Assembly: GCF_963921235.1 (NCBI RefSeq)
Contig: NC_086107.1
Coordinates: 105,774,001-105,838,000 of the forward strand
Length of the DNA stretch: 64,000 bases
Direction of reading: 5' to 3'
Origin: Mobula hypostoma
Taxonomy: Eukaryota
Below are positions 25,888 to 38,175 of the stretch, one piece after another. Numbering within the stretch: position 1 is the first letter of the stretch; each line of letters starts with the position of its first letter. The notes beneath the pieces are model-generated. The model was not told the origin of the DNA and did not search any database. It was given only the letters and a program-made list of their open reading frames with translations. The position numbers and the translations under genes were made by a program.

Positions 25888-28663
25888 CGTGCAAAAATCT
25901 CTCGTTACTCCGACAGCGCTGTGCTCCCTCAGTGCCGGACAGTTTGTCTGCAAAGTTCTCATCTCAGCGCTGTAATATTTCATCAGATTTAAATCCACCC
26001 AAAACTTAAGCATTTGCATGGCAGATCCAGACAGTTGTAATTGTACAAGCTGAGAGACGATGTTTTATGGTTCTGCTCCAAAATTAATCCTGGCAGTTTA
26101 CTGAGGATTTCTATTGAATTGCTCTAATTTTCGCATGGATTCCAAGGCCAGCCTCACACAGATGTCGGCTGTTGTCTGATGTTGTGTTGACCAAGTGTGT
26201 ACTTCTGTCCTGTGGAGATAATGTGGTCGATCTGCCTCCATTCTTCACCCAGCTCATCATTGTCCACGGGGGAAGGGGCTGATAGATTATCATAATATCC
26301 ACCTATGATCATATAGTCGCAGAATCATAGAGCACTACAGAACAGAAACAGGCCTTTCGGCCCATCTAGTCTCTGCCAGCCAGGTCTGCTACCTGATCTC
26401 ATAAGGCTTCACCTGGACCATAGCCCTCCATCCCTCTCTCATCATCTTACCTGACCAAACTTCTCTTAAATGTTACAATTGACCTCGTATTTACCACTTT
26501 CTCTGGCATAAATAGACCCACCTAATCTGAGCCGAACTATTATTCTGCCAGGTTCCATCGATCTGTACCTAGACCATACCCCTCCCGTCCATATACCTAT
26601 TTAAACTTCTCTTAAGTGGTGCAAGTAACCCCATTTCCACCACTCCTGCAGGTTGCACACCACTCTTAAGTATTTCAACTTTCACCCTTAACCTATGACC
26701 TCTAGTTCCAGTCTCACCCAACCTCAATGGAAAAAGCCTGCTTGCATTCACCCTATCTATACACCTCATACTTTTATATACTCCCATATGATCTCTCCTC
26801 ACTCTCCTAAACTCCAGGGAATAAAGTCGTAATCCATTCAGACTTTCCCTGTAACCAAGGTCCTCAAGTTCCGGCAACATCCTTGAAATCTTTCAAGGTT
26901 ATTGATACCTTTCACCTTGAGGCTGGTCAATGTTAGGGTGAACCAGTGTTGCAGTCGGTCAAGCCACTGCCTGGCATCTCCAATGACCCGGGGGGAAATC
27001 CTGATCTCTGGTGCTGTCTGTGTGGTGTTTGCAAGTTCTCCCTGTAGCCGCACACGTTTCCTCCTGTTGTTACCTCCCACATCCCAAACGTGGATTAGTT
27101 CTCCACGCTAAATTGTTCCTCATATGTAGATATTAGGGGGCTTTTGCTTTTGCTAAGGCACTTGAGGGGAGGGGGTTGGTGGAGGGTTGATGTTTTGCTG
27201 CTGTTTGTGTGTAGGAGGGGGGCTTTGGGTTTCCAATGTTTTCCTGTCATTCATTCTTTGGGGTTTTCTTCTGTTTTTGAGGCTGTCTGTGAAGAGTAAG
27301 AATTTCAGGTTGTATACCGTGTACATTCTCTGATATTAAGTGGAATCATTGAACCATTGATCAGTGATAAAATCTGTTTTTTTCTTCTCTGGGGATGATG
27401 CGGTAGTGTAGCAGTTAGGGTAATGCTAGCAAATACCAGTACTGTAACCCAGTTTCAATTCTGCACCCGGCTTCAACCCTGCCATTATCTGGAAGGAATT
27501 TGTACTTTCTCCCTGTGACCATGTGGGATTCCTCCAGGTGCTCTGGTTTCCTCCTACGTTTGCTTGTTTGTTATGCGCCCTGTCATGTGACGTGGGCTTT
27601 CCATGACCATGATTGTTCTTGGCAAACCTTTCCACAGAAGTGGTTTGCCATGGCCTTCTTCTGGGCAGTGTCTTCACAAGACGGGTGACCCAAGCCATTA
27701 TCAATACTCTTCAGCGATTGTCTGCCTGGCGTTGGCGGTCACATAACCAAGGAGAACCATGCACCAGCTGCTCATACAACCATCCACCACCTGCTCCCGT
27801 GGCTTGACGTGACCCTGATCGGGGTGGGGGTCTAAGCTAGTGCCCTTAATGGAGTGCCTTACACCTCCTTTGGTAGAAACGTATTTCAACCCTGCCACCC
27901 AGTGATAATAGCGTTACACATTACAGTGCTCCACAAAACACACTGTTCACAGTTTCAAATTATAGCCCGCTCATTACTGTCTGTGTTAATGCACTCGAGC
28001 TCCTGGGGTGCCCTCCAGTTCCAGGATTCTTCCACTGTACTTGTGGTCCCTCTTCAGCGACACATGGGTATGGGCATAACCATGGAAAATGAGTAGGCAT
28101 CAGTGGTAGACACACACAAAATACTGGAGGAACTCAACAGATCAGGCAGCATCTATGGACGTCAATAAACCATCAACATTTTGGCCAAGGCACTTCTTCA
28201 GAAGGGGGAAGATGCCAGAATAAAAAGGTGAGGGGGGAGGGGAAGGACAATAGCTAGAAGGTGATAGATGAAGCCAGGTGGGTTGGAAAGATGGTTGGCA
28301 TCTGTCTGTCTCGATGGACAATGGGTGATGATCATCATCACAAACCTGGGCTGAAAGTGTGGAGATCCTGAGATGCCCAGTCATCAAGATCCCCCTCTCG
28401 GCCTCATTGGTGTAGTCCAAAGGAAAGCTTATGAAGCAATACGTTTGGCACCAGCTTGGCAGCAGGAGCTGCTGGAAGGATGTTCAACGACATCCAGCTG
28501 CCTTAGAGGCTCCACTCCGGATTTGCTTTCTGAGTTCACTTCCATAGCCTTCATCTCTCCTGAGGCTGCCCACAAGGCAGTGGGGCTGTTTACCCCTAGC
28601 TGGGGATCTGGTTCGTGAGCACTGGGGTGTGCTACGTGTTCAGGGGCCAGACCTCCTCCCCGT

Positions 28664-28780
28664 CCTCTGTAGTTCAGCCCGAGTCCGAAAGGAGTTCAGT
28701 TTCCGTGTGACGCCAGCGAGGAGGCACTGCGTGAGGCTTGTTGTTGGAGAGGCTGTGTACTGGCAGGGAGAGACTCACAC
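28664..28780 (-). ncRNA. HDV-like ribozyme, duplicated copy
   Basis: Same sequence as 15477-15593 at offset 13187. Confidence 0.75.
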
Positions 28781-29376
28781 ATTCAGATCTCCTTTTTAAC
28801 AAGACTGCCAGCCAGCGGTGGAAGCTGAAAGTGAGATAACAAGCACTACCCGCTACACTACCACACTAGATGCATCTCAACAACCAATCTGACACCGGGT
28901 TGGAAAGATAAAGGGCTGGAAAAGAAGGAATCTAATAGGACAGGAGAGTGGACCACAGGAGAAAGAGAAGGAGAAGGAGGAAGGGACCCAGAGGGAGGTG
29001 ATAGGCAGATGAGAAGAGATAAGAGGCCACAGTGGGGAGTAGAAGAAGAGGGGAGGAGGAGGGAATATTTTTTACCAGAAGGAGAAATCATTCAATATTC
29101 ATGCCATTAGGTTGGAGGCTACCCAGACGGAATATAAGGTGTTGCTCCTCCACCCTGAGGGTGGCCCCATCTTGGCACAAGAGGAGGCCGTGGACGGTCC
29201 TGTCAGAACAGGATTGGGAGTTGGAGTGAAAATTTTGGACCACCGGGAAGTTCCACTTTTGGTGGATGGGGCGGAGGTGCTCGACACAGTGGGCCCCCAG
29301 TTTACAACGGGTCCCACCCATGTGGAGAATGCTGCATCAGGAGCACGGGACACAATAGACGACCCCAGCAGATTCT

Positions 29377-30227
29377 CAGTGAGGCACTCCCTCGGTACCG
29401 TCCCTCTGACAGTGAGACACTCCCTCGGTGCCGTCCCTCCGACAGTGAGGCACTCCCTCGGTGCCGTCCCTCCGACAGTGAGGCACTCCCTCGGTACCGT
29501 CCCTCCGACAGTGTGACACTCCCTCGGTGCCGTCCCTCCGACAGTGAGGCACTCCCTCGGTACCGTCCCTCCGACAGTGTGACACTCCCTCGGTGCCGTC
29601 CCTCCGACAGTGTGACACTCCCTCGGTGCCGTCCCTCTGACAGTGAGACACTCCCTCGGTGCCGTCCCTCCGACAGTGAGGCACTCCCTCGGTGCCGTCC
29701 CTCCGACAGTGAGACACTCCCTCGGTGCCGTCCCTCCGACAGTGAGGCACTCCCTCGGTGCCGTCCCTCCGACAGTGAGGCACTCCCTCGGTGCCGTCCC
29801 TCCGACAGTGAGGCACTCCCTCGGTACCGTCCCTCCGACAGTGAGACACTCCCTCGGTACCGTCCCTCCGACAGTGTGACACTCCCTCGGTGCCGTCCCT
29901 CCGACAGTGAGACACTCCCTCGGTACCGTCCCTCCGACAGTGTGACACTCCCTCGGTGCCGTCCCTCCGACAGTGAGACACTCCCTCGGTACCGTCCCTC
30001 CGACAGTGTGACACTCCCTCGGTGCCGTCCCTCCGACAGTGAGGCACTCCCTCGGTGCCGTCCCTCCGACAGTGAGACACTCCCTCGGTACTGTCCCTCT
30101 GATGGTAGGACACTCCCTCAGTACTGTCCCTCCGACAGTGAGACACTCCCTCAGTACTGTCCCTCCGACAGTGTGACACTCCCTCGGTACCATCCCTCCG
30201 ACAGTGAGGCACTCCCTCAGTACTGTC
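29377..30227. repeat. 33-bp minisatellite array 3 (~26 units, CpG-rich variant)
   Basis: Units dominated by CACTCCCTCGGTGCCGTCCCTCCGACAGT; followed by an inverted ~1.4 unit at 30227-30272. Confidence 0.97.
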
Positions 30228-31389
30228 ACACTGTCAGAGGGACAGGACTGAGGGAGTGCTACACTGTTGGAGTCCACAACTTTGATAAAATCAAGTAAAT
30301 CACAGTCATGCTTGACTCTCTGAAGGCACTACAGACATACATGACTTTACCCCATTTGGCTAATTGCCCCACTGGACACTTTTAGCATCAGCATTTTTCT
30401 GTTTACTGTGATAAGACAGAGGCACAGATGGTGACATTAGTGTGTTAACACTGACATCCTCTTTAGATCCGTTTATATAAAGATACTGCCTGATTTCAAA
30501 CTATTTGAAAACATGTTTAAAGACGTTCATCACATCGTCTCATCAGATAACACTTCCAAGTTAAACACACATCCTGATTTTCAGTGTTGGCTCTGGCTGC
30601 CAGCCCCACTTATGATCTGTAAAGTTCACCAGACACTGAAAACTTCCAACTATAAAAGCATTCCGTGACATCTGCAAATAGCTCGTGGCGGGAGAAACAG
30701 GAAGGTGCACTGATCATCCGCCCTGGGGCCCCGAGATCATTTCTAGCCGGGGCAGTAGGAATGAGACATCGCCACAGTCTGGGGGACGACGTGAACTGAG
30801 TCCAAGTCATTTTGATTCAGGTCACCAAGGAGGAGGGAGAGAGAAACATTTGGAATCTGAAATGCGAGCTGCAGCTGCCGCGAATGTTCAGCTGGGAACA
30901 ATAACAACACCTGCTGCTTCACGGTCCCCGTCGTTCAAAGGATTCAAATTAAATTTACTATCAAGACACATATGCAGTACACAACCCTGAGATTCATCTT
31001 CCCCATAGACAGCCACAAAACAAAGAAAACCTTGGAACCTGTTCAAAGAAAAACATCTACACCCCCCCAACCCCCATGCTCAGTAAAACTAACCATGCAA
31101 GTGGCAACAAGAACATCAACCGCGCCCCCCCCCCACGCAAATGGCTAAAAGGAGGAACGAGCGAAAACATGGAATGTAAAGACACAAAATTGAAAGGGTC
31201 CATATTTATCGCCACTCGGTGCTCGTTACCTGCAGGCCGCCCCGATTCAAGGTCGCCCAAAAGAGCAAAGCAGGAAAAAGAGCTGCAGCCCAACCCAGAA
31301 ACCGCAGTCCCAGAACTTCAGAACCGTCCTTCGACAGCATCGAGGGAGAGGGAGGGCCTTTTCGAATGCAGGTTCGAGCCTGACCTCGG

Positions 31390-31660
31390 GCGCTGTCCGT
31401 GTGGAGTTCGCACGTTCTCGCAGTGACTGTGTGGGCTTCCTTCCCTTCACTGGGCACTCTGTTTTCCTCCCTCATCCCAAAGTTGTGCTGGTTGTTGGGT
31501 TAACTGGCCGCTGTAATTTGCCCCTAGTGGAGAGGTGAGTGGTGGAATCGGGACAGAGATGATGGAAAGGTAGGGAGGATGAGATGGGCTAGTATTAAAA
31601 TGGATGCTTGGTGGTCTGTGACGATTTGACAGGCTGAATGGCCTGTTTCTCTGTTAATTG
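31390..31660 (+). mobile_element. HE1/V-SINE-like SINE
   Basis: 'gtgtggagttcgcacgttctcgcagtgactgtgtgggcttcc...catcccaaag...aatttgcccctagt'. Confidence 0.75.
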
Positions 31661-32147
31661 ACTCCATAACACGGGATACAACTCCACAGCTGACCCTTCT
31701 GTGACTTCTCTGACATAATAGGACCTTTCTTTCAGTGAGGTAGTTTTAAAGTTTGGCAACAAGGCACTCAAATGTGACACAGAATGATCTCACAGACAGC
31801 AAGGAGACTCATGCCACCCTTATGTTTGTTGTCAGGAGCACAGGTCCGGTGAGGTACGAGTACAGTTGAAAAGCTTGCATGTGGCAACAGCGCAGGTACG
31901 CGGGTTCAGCCAACACAGAGAACATGAATTATACAAGACAGCGAAGAATAAAAAAGTCTCTGCAAAGCTCGAGTTTAGTGCAAAAAAAGCACATTCGGAG
32001 CTGCCCACGTAAGAGGTGGTTTTAGGGTTGATGCTGCAGGGATGTTGGCTGTTGGATGGTACAATTCTTGTCAGGCTCAAACCACGCAGGGCTGACTGAT
32101 GGGTCAGTTGCCTGCAGTCCTGGGGTAGATAGGGAGCTCTCTATCCT

Positions 32148-32346
32148 GTTGAGTGAGTGAGTGAGTGAGTGAGAGAGAGAGTGAGAGGAGAGAGAGAGAG
32201 AGAGTGAGAGAGTGTGAGAGAGAGTGTGAGAGAGTGAGAGAGAGAGAGAGAGTGAGTGTGAGAGAGAGTGAGAGAGAGAGAGTGAGAGAGAGAGAGAGAG
32301 AGTGAGAGAGAGTGAGAGAGAGTGAGAGAGAGAGAGTGAGAGAGAT
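32148..32346. repeat. (GA)n/(GAGT)n compound microsatellite
   Basis: Directly visible. Confidence 0.97.
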
Positions 32347-32974
32347 CATAGTACAGACCTACTAAGTGATGGAGTTAGGCTACAGATCACATGGAGTGGG
32401 TTGACAAGCTAATGGCTTCTCTCTGTCCTTGTGTTCCAGATTCTCATGCCTGTGTTCCAGTGTTCTGTTGCCCTGCAGTGTTCCAGATCTTCTGTGTTTG
32501 GATGCCCCTGTACGTCAGAGTTTCAGTGTCCTTGTGGGACAGTTCCAATGTGCCTGTCAGTCAGTGATCCCAGTATCCCTGCGGATCGGCATTCCAGTGT
32601 CCCTGTAGATCATCACCCCAGTGTTCCTATGGGCCAGAGAGCCAGTGTCCCTCTATGTCAGATGATCCAGTTTTCCTGTAGGCCAGAGTTCACATGTCAC
32701 TGTGGGTCATCACCCTCAGTCAGTGTTCCAGTGTCCTTAGTTCGCTAATCTTCCTAATTCCATTGATCCTTAGTCCACACAATTCTGTGTCTGTGTTCCT
32801 CTTCCTCACGGTGGAAAATTGATCTACAGTATCACAGATCAGAGTGCCCGTGTTCCTCTGACTCTATGATAAATCGCCACCATGTTCCTTTGTCCTTGTC
32901 TTCCAGTGTTTCGTTCCACAGCACTTGGTACACGAGTCCAGTGTTTCGACTCCTGCGTGTCCTGTTCTTGAGGA

Positions 32975-33330
32975 CCTTCATCTTCCCCTGGGTTAGGGTG
33001 AAATATGAGGGGAATAGATGGGGAGGAGCGGGGTGAATGCATGCAGGCTTTTACCCCTGAGGGCGGGTGAGACTAGAACTAGAGCTCCAGGCTTAGGGTG
33101 AAAGGTGAAATGTTCAAGGGGAATTCTTCACTCAAAGGGCGGAGTGAGTTTGGAATGAGCTGTCGGCGGAAGTGATGGATGCACGTTCATACTGAAACAC
33201 GTAAGAGAAGCTCGGATAGGTACGTGGATGAGAGGGATATGGTCCAGCTGCAGGTACATGGGACCAAGCAATAAAATGGGCCAGCATGGACTAGATGGGT
33301 CAAAGGGCATGTAACACTCTGTGACTCTAT
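32975..33330 (+). mobile_element. CR1 LINE 3' fragment
   Basis: 'atgaggggaatagat...gagactagaactagag...' and CR1-type 3' end. Confidence 0.75.
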
Positions 33331-33899
33331 ACCTAAGATCTCATTTTCTGTCCTGGAGTAATCAATTAGTCCAATTGCATCTCCAGTAATGGCCACTAAT
33401 TCCATGCAGATAGGAAGAAGGTGGGACAAGATGGGGCACTTGTTACTGTGCTGTGCTGGGATTCTGTCGGGAGCACTCCAAATCTTTCCCCGCAGACACA
33501 GCTAGTGTCCCTCTACCCTCGGCTTTGTCAAGTCTTGAGGAGCTTCACCAGCTGCACACCCAGATCAAAACTCGGTGCTCCGGGTAATCCTTGTTTGCTT
33601 GTTGGCGTCTCTGGATTATTTATCTTCTGACCAGAACTTGCAAAACAATTCCTGGAGAAATAATCCTGGCCTTGTCTCTAAGCTTGCTTTCTGCTGGGGA
33701 GATTTTTAACCACTCGTTGACTAGGCTTGAGTGAAGCCAACAACGACCATCGAGCATTGTTGAGTTTAGAGAAGTGTAAGATAGGTAACCACTCAGTGAA
33801 ACGAGACAGAGTGACACATTTCAGAAATCTTTGGGTCACCAGGTGTGCTACGTGGGGGTATTTGGTGTGATTATAAACACACGGGGAAACCTGCCCTTC

Positions 33900-34145
33900 A
33901 GCGCAGTCTGTGTGGTGTTCGCACGTTCACCGGTGCTCTGGTTTCCTCACACATCCCAAAGACACACGGGATGGGGGATGGTGGTAGTTAACTTGGAAAT
34001 TCCCCACTGGAAATTGTCCCTAATGTGTAGGCGAATGGCTGGAGTGGGGGTTGGATGTGGAGGTTGGTGTTAAAGGGTAGCTGGCGGTCAGGATGGAGTC
34101 GGTGGACCGAAGGGCCTGGTTCCGTTCTCTGTGACCCTGTGAGTC
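33900..34145 (+). mobile_element. HE1/V-SINE-like SINE
   Basis: V-domain-like motif and tail 'ggaccgaagggcctggttccgt'. Confidence 0.7.
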
Positions 34146-34189
34146 TGTGGCCTTGGATGCAGTTACTCCGGGTGAACTCATGGGACCTG

Positions 34190-34390
34190 GCAAAATCCCG
34201 CAGACGGTAAGTGACCGAGCAAATGGATAATCTCTTTACTTGCTGGCTGGGTCTAGACTGGTGTTTACTAGAACTCTCCTGCTGTTTGAACAAGGTCTTG
34301 GGATGTTCTGTACCAACAAGAGCCTTGAGGTAATGTCTCATCCCTAAGACTGCACCCTCTAACAACACAGCACTGTCAGTCTGGCTTACG
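34190..34390 (-). mobile_element. Highly diverged Deu-domain SINE remnant (AmnSINE1/SacSINE1-like)
   Basis: Minus-strand 'gtgctgtgttgttagagggtgcagtcttagggatgagacatt...catcccaaga...gcaggagagttct...gattatcc' follows the Deu-domain motif order as I recall it. Confidence 0.5.
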
Positions 34391-34914
34391 GTCTTGTCCT
34401 TCTGATTGACCATACATGACGACCACAGATCCATGTTTTTCCCCATACAACCAAGAGGAAAAGAGTCAAGGGCAGGCCACTGGGCTCCTTGAGTCTTTTC
34501 AGCTGTACAGCAAGATCACATATCTCGTTCACTTTCTTATGTGTTGCCATACCTTTCAGTTCCAGAAATCTGTCAGTCTCGGCCTCGGACATACTCAGTC
34601 GCTGCACAAGGAGAGCCCCCCCGGGAAGCGAGACCCAAAGATTTCAATCAAACAAATTTCTCCCGATCTTCCAAAATGGATGCCGTCCCCTTGTGAAGCA
34701 GCACACAGAATGTTTGAGAAACTCGGTGAGCCAGGCAGCAGTAAAGTAAAGGCATCCGTTAGTCTTGCGAGACCATGGATCTGCGCCTGGAAAGTCTTCA
34801 CTCTCCAGGGCGCAGGCCTGGGCAAGGTTGTATGGAAGACCGGCAGTTGCCCATGCTGCAAGTCTCCCCTCTCCACGACACTGATGTTGTCCAAGGGAAG
34901 GGCATTAGGACCCA

Positions 34915-35691
34915 AACAACAGGAATTCTGCAGATGCTGGAAATTCAAGCAACATACATCAAAGTTGCTGGTGAACGCAGCAGGCCAGGCAGCATCTGTA
35001 GGAAGAGGTGCAGTCGACGTTTCAGGCCGAGACCCTTCGTCAGGACTAACTGAAGGAAGAGTGAGTAAGGGATTTGAAAGTTGGAGGGGGAGGGGGAGAT
35101 CCAAAATGATAGGAGAAGACAGGAGGGGGAGGGATGGAGCCGACAGCTGGACAGGTGATAGGCAAAAGGGGATACGAGAGGATCATGGGACAGGAGGTCC
35201 AGGAAGAATGACAAGGAGCGGGGGGGTGACCCAGAGGATGGGCAAGAGGTATATTCAGAGGGACAGAGGGAGAAAAAGGAGAGTGAGAGAAAGAATGTGT
35301 GCATAAAAATGAGTAACAGATGGGGTACGAGGGGGAGGTGGGGCCTTAGCGGAAGTTAGAGAAGTCGATGTTCATGCCATCAGGTTGGAGGCTACCCAGA
35401 CGGAATATAAGGTGTTGTCCCTCCAACCTGAGTGTGGCTTCATCTTGACAGTAGAGGAGGCCGTGGATAGACATATCAGAATGTGAATGGGATGTGGAAT
35501 TAAAATGTGTGGCCACTGGGAGATCCTGCTTTCTCTGGCGGACAGAGCGTAGATGTTCAGCAAAGCGGTCTCCCAGTCTGCGTCGGGTCTCACCAATATA
35601 TAAAAGGCCACATCGGGAGCACCGGACGCAGTATATCACCCCAGTCGACTCACAGGTGAAGTGATGCCTCACCTGGAAGGACTGTTTTGGG
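34915..35691 (-). mobile_element. 5'-truncated PLE (GIY-YIG + 3' pLTR + tail) with ~10-bp TSD
   Basis: ORF 'GVIYCVRCSRCGLLYIGETRRRLGDRFAEH'; TTAGGACCCA at 34905-34914 and 35692-35701. Confidence 0.93.
35011..35048 (-). ncRNA. Minimal type-I hammerhead ribozyme
   Basis: UAGUC-CUGACGA-AGG-gucucgg-CCU-GAAAC-GUC^GACUG. Confidence 0.85.
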
Positions 35692-36523
35692 TTAGGACCC
35701 ATACAGTTTGGCACCAGTGTCGTCGCAGAGCAATGTGTGATTAAGTGCCTTGCTCAAGGACACAACATGTTGCCTTGGCTGAGGCTCGAACTCACGACCT
35801 TCAGATCGCTAGTCCAATGCCTTAACCACTTGACCATGTGCCAGGCAGCATCTGTGGAGGCAAATGGATATTTGCTGTCTTGGGTTGAGACCCTTCATCT
35901 GGACTGAGAGATTGGGAGACAGTCAGTATAAAGAGGCAAGCAAGAGTTAGCAGTGATAGGTGGATCAGGTGGAATGTGTGATAGGCACGTGATATCTCCT
36001 TCCCTTCCCTCACTCTATCCATCTGTCCATCCCTCACACACACAGTTTGCCCTCCCTACCTCCTTTACATTTTTCCATACTCCACCTTCCTCGCCTATCG
36101 GATTCCATCTTCTTCAGCCCTTTGTCACTTCCCCCATCACCTCCCAGCATTTGACGTCAACCCTACACACTGCCCTCCCCTGTCTGTCTATCATCAACCC
36201 CGCTTCGCCTGCCTCCACCTATCACTTGACAGCTCTTGCTCAATCCCTAGCACAATAAGACCTCACATCTACCTCATTATGATCTTGCGCCTTACTGACC
36301 CTCTGCTCTGCAGTTTCTCTGCCTTGTTATTGTTTTACCTTGTTCTACCTCAATGCACCCGGAGCCCTGAGTCTGCGATTTCCCGCAAGTTCGTCGGGGA
36401 AGTGGAAGGATCGATGTCTGTGACTCTGAATCTGCTGGAGGCTGGGGGCCAAAGATGGCCTGTCCTGGGGTTCAGAGAACTTAGTATTTGCATTTGGGAG
36501 GAACAGGACTTGTTTTGATGTTG

Positions 36524-36742
36524 ACAACACCCACAAAATGCTGGAGGAAATTCAGCATCTATGGAAAAGAGTAAACAGTCGACTTCTTGCGCCGAGAACT
36601 GTCATCAGGACTGATGAAGGGTCTTGGCCCGAAATGTCGACTGTTTACATTTTTCCATTGATGCTGCCTGGCCTGCTGAATTTCCTCCAGCATTTTGTGG
36701 GTGTTACTTTGGATTTCCAGCATCCGCAAATTCCCTCTTGTC
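36524..36742. mobile_element. ORF-less PLE-derived fold-back element with back-to-back hammerhead cores and 13-bp TSD
   Basis: TGTTTTGATGTTG at 36511-36523 and 36743-36755; inverted arms; CTGATGA...GAAATGTC at 36611-36638. Confidence 0.85.
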
Positions 36743-36903
36743 TGTTTTGATGTTGTTGTTTTGTTGCTTGCTGTGTTCTGTGTTGCTCTGACGAGCATTA
36801 TAGGGCAAGCTTTGTTGGTGCCAGAACACGTGGTGACACTTGTGCCTGTCCCCGGCTGTCCCTCAGGTGTATTAAGTTGCTAAACAAATAACATATTTCA
36901 CTG

Positions 36904-38175
36904 CAAACAACAGGAATTCTGCAGATGCTGGAAATTCAAGCAACACACATAAAAGTTGCTGGTGAACGCAGCAGGCCCTTCTCGCAATTCCTCCGTCTCC
37001 GCCGCATCTGCTCTCAGGATGAGGCTTTTCATTCCAGGACCAGGGAGATGTCTTCCTTTTTTAAAGAAAGGGGCTTCCCTTCCTCCACTATCAACTCTAC
37101 TCTTAAACGCATCTCCCCCATTTCACGTACATCTGCTCTCACTCCATCCTCCCGCCACCCCACTAGGAATAGGGTTCCCCTGGTCCTCACCTACCACCCC
37201 ACCAGCCTCCGGGTCCAACATATTATTCTCCGTAACTTCCGCCACCTCCAACGGGATCCCACCACTAAGCACATCTTTCCCTCCCCCCCCTGCATTCCGC
37301 AGGGATCGCTCCCTACACAACTCCCTTGGCCATTCGTCCCCCCCATCCCTCCCCACTGATCTCCTTCCTGGCACTTACCCTTGTAAGCGGATCGAGTGCT
37401 ACACATGCCCTTACACTTCCTCCCTCACCACCATTCAGGTCCCCAGACAGTCCTTCCAGGTGAGGCAACACTTCACCTGTGAGTCGACTGGGGTGATATA
37501 CTGCGTCTGGTGCTCCCGATGTGGCCTTTTATATATTGGCGAGACCCGACGCAGACTGGGAGACCGCTTTGCTGAACATCTACACTCTGTCCGCCAGAGA
37601 AATCAGGATCTCCCAGTGGCCACACGTTTTAATTCCACATCCCATTCCCATTCTGACATGTCTATCCACGGCCTCCTCTACTGTAAAGATGAAGCCACAC
37701 TCAGGTTGGAGGAACAACACCTTATATTCCATCTGGGTAGCCTCCAACCTGATGGCATGAACATTGACTTCTCTAACTTCCGCTAATGCCCCACCTCCCC
37801 CTCGTACCCCATCTGTTACTTATTTTTATACACACATTCTTTCTCTCACTCTCCTTTTTCTCCTTCTGTCCCTCTGAATATACCTCTTGCCCATCCTCTG
37901 GGTCCCCCCCCCTTGTCTTTCTTCCCGGACCTCCTGTCCCATGATCCTCTCGTATCCCTTTTGCCAATTGCCTGTCCAGCTCTTGGCTCTATCCCTCCCC
38001 CTCCTGTCTTCTCCTATCATTTTGGATCTCCCCCTCCCCCTCCAACTTTCAAATCCCTTACTCACTCTTCCTTCAGTTAGTCCTGACGAAGGGTCTCGGC
38101 CTGAAACGTCGACTGCACCTCTTCCTACAGATGCTGCCTGGCCTGCTGCGTTCACCAGCAACTTTTATGTGTGTT
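36904..38175 (+). mobile_element. 5'-truncated PLE (RT C-terminus, Cys-rich linker, GIY-YIG; frameshift ~37285) with inverted tailed 5' arm and 13-bp TSD
   Basis: 'FSQFLRLRRICS..FFKERGFP', 'PCKRIECYTCPY', 'VIYCVWCSRCGLLYIGET'; TSD ACATATTTCACTG at 36891-36903 and 38176-38188; perfect inverted repeat 36942-36977/38140-38175. Confidence 0.95.
38078..38115 (+). ncRNA. Minimal type-I hammerhead ribozyme
   Basis: TAGTC CTGACGA AGG..CCT GAAAC GTC^GACTG; predicted cut after 38110. Confidence 0.85.

Larger units (their letters stand above)
3085..29426. repeat. Tandem segmental duplication, 2 x ~13.2 kb (copy 1 ~3085-16239, copy 2 ~16240-29426)
   Basis: ORF-track offsets of 13154 (3993/17147) and 13187 (12924/26111). 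Block 12701-16189 recurs at 25888-29376 with at least one SNP (14020 A / 27207 G). Confidence 0.95.
34735..35842 (-). mobile_element. tRNA-derived SINE with CORE-like body, split by a PLE insertion
   Basis: Head 'tggtcaagtggttaagg' (A box) and 'gagttcgagcc' (B box), then 'gtgtccttgagcaaggcacttaa'; halves rejoin across the TSD. Confidence 0.7.

Noticed and set aside
1..30227. Long ORFs (up to 1528 aa; PQYCPSDSETL, RDSTEGVSHC and TVRHSLSTVP repeats) as proteins
   Set aside because: A 33-bp unit keeps several frames open on both strands. Stops and 1-bp indels are scattered and there is no unique domain.
1..30227. CRISPR array (33-bp partly palindromic repeat)
   Set aside because: Units are head-to-tail with no spacers, there are no cas genes, and the context is vertebrate.
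34416..35306. 296-aa plus-strand ORF
   Set aside because: It reads through unique DNA, an antisense SINE and an antisense PLE 3' UTR, with no recognisable domain.
35877..35910. Functional hammerheads at 35877-35910, 44506-44542 and 53617-53650
   Set aside because: Cores are mutated (CAGAUGA; CUGCUGA; GUG cleavage triplet), so they are treated as decayed.
34915..38175. One large element with long terminal inverted repeats
   Set aside because: Each PLE copy has its own distinct TSD and host repeat, so they are independent insertions.
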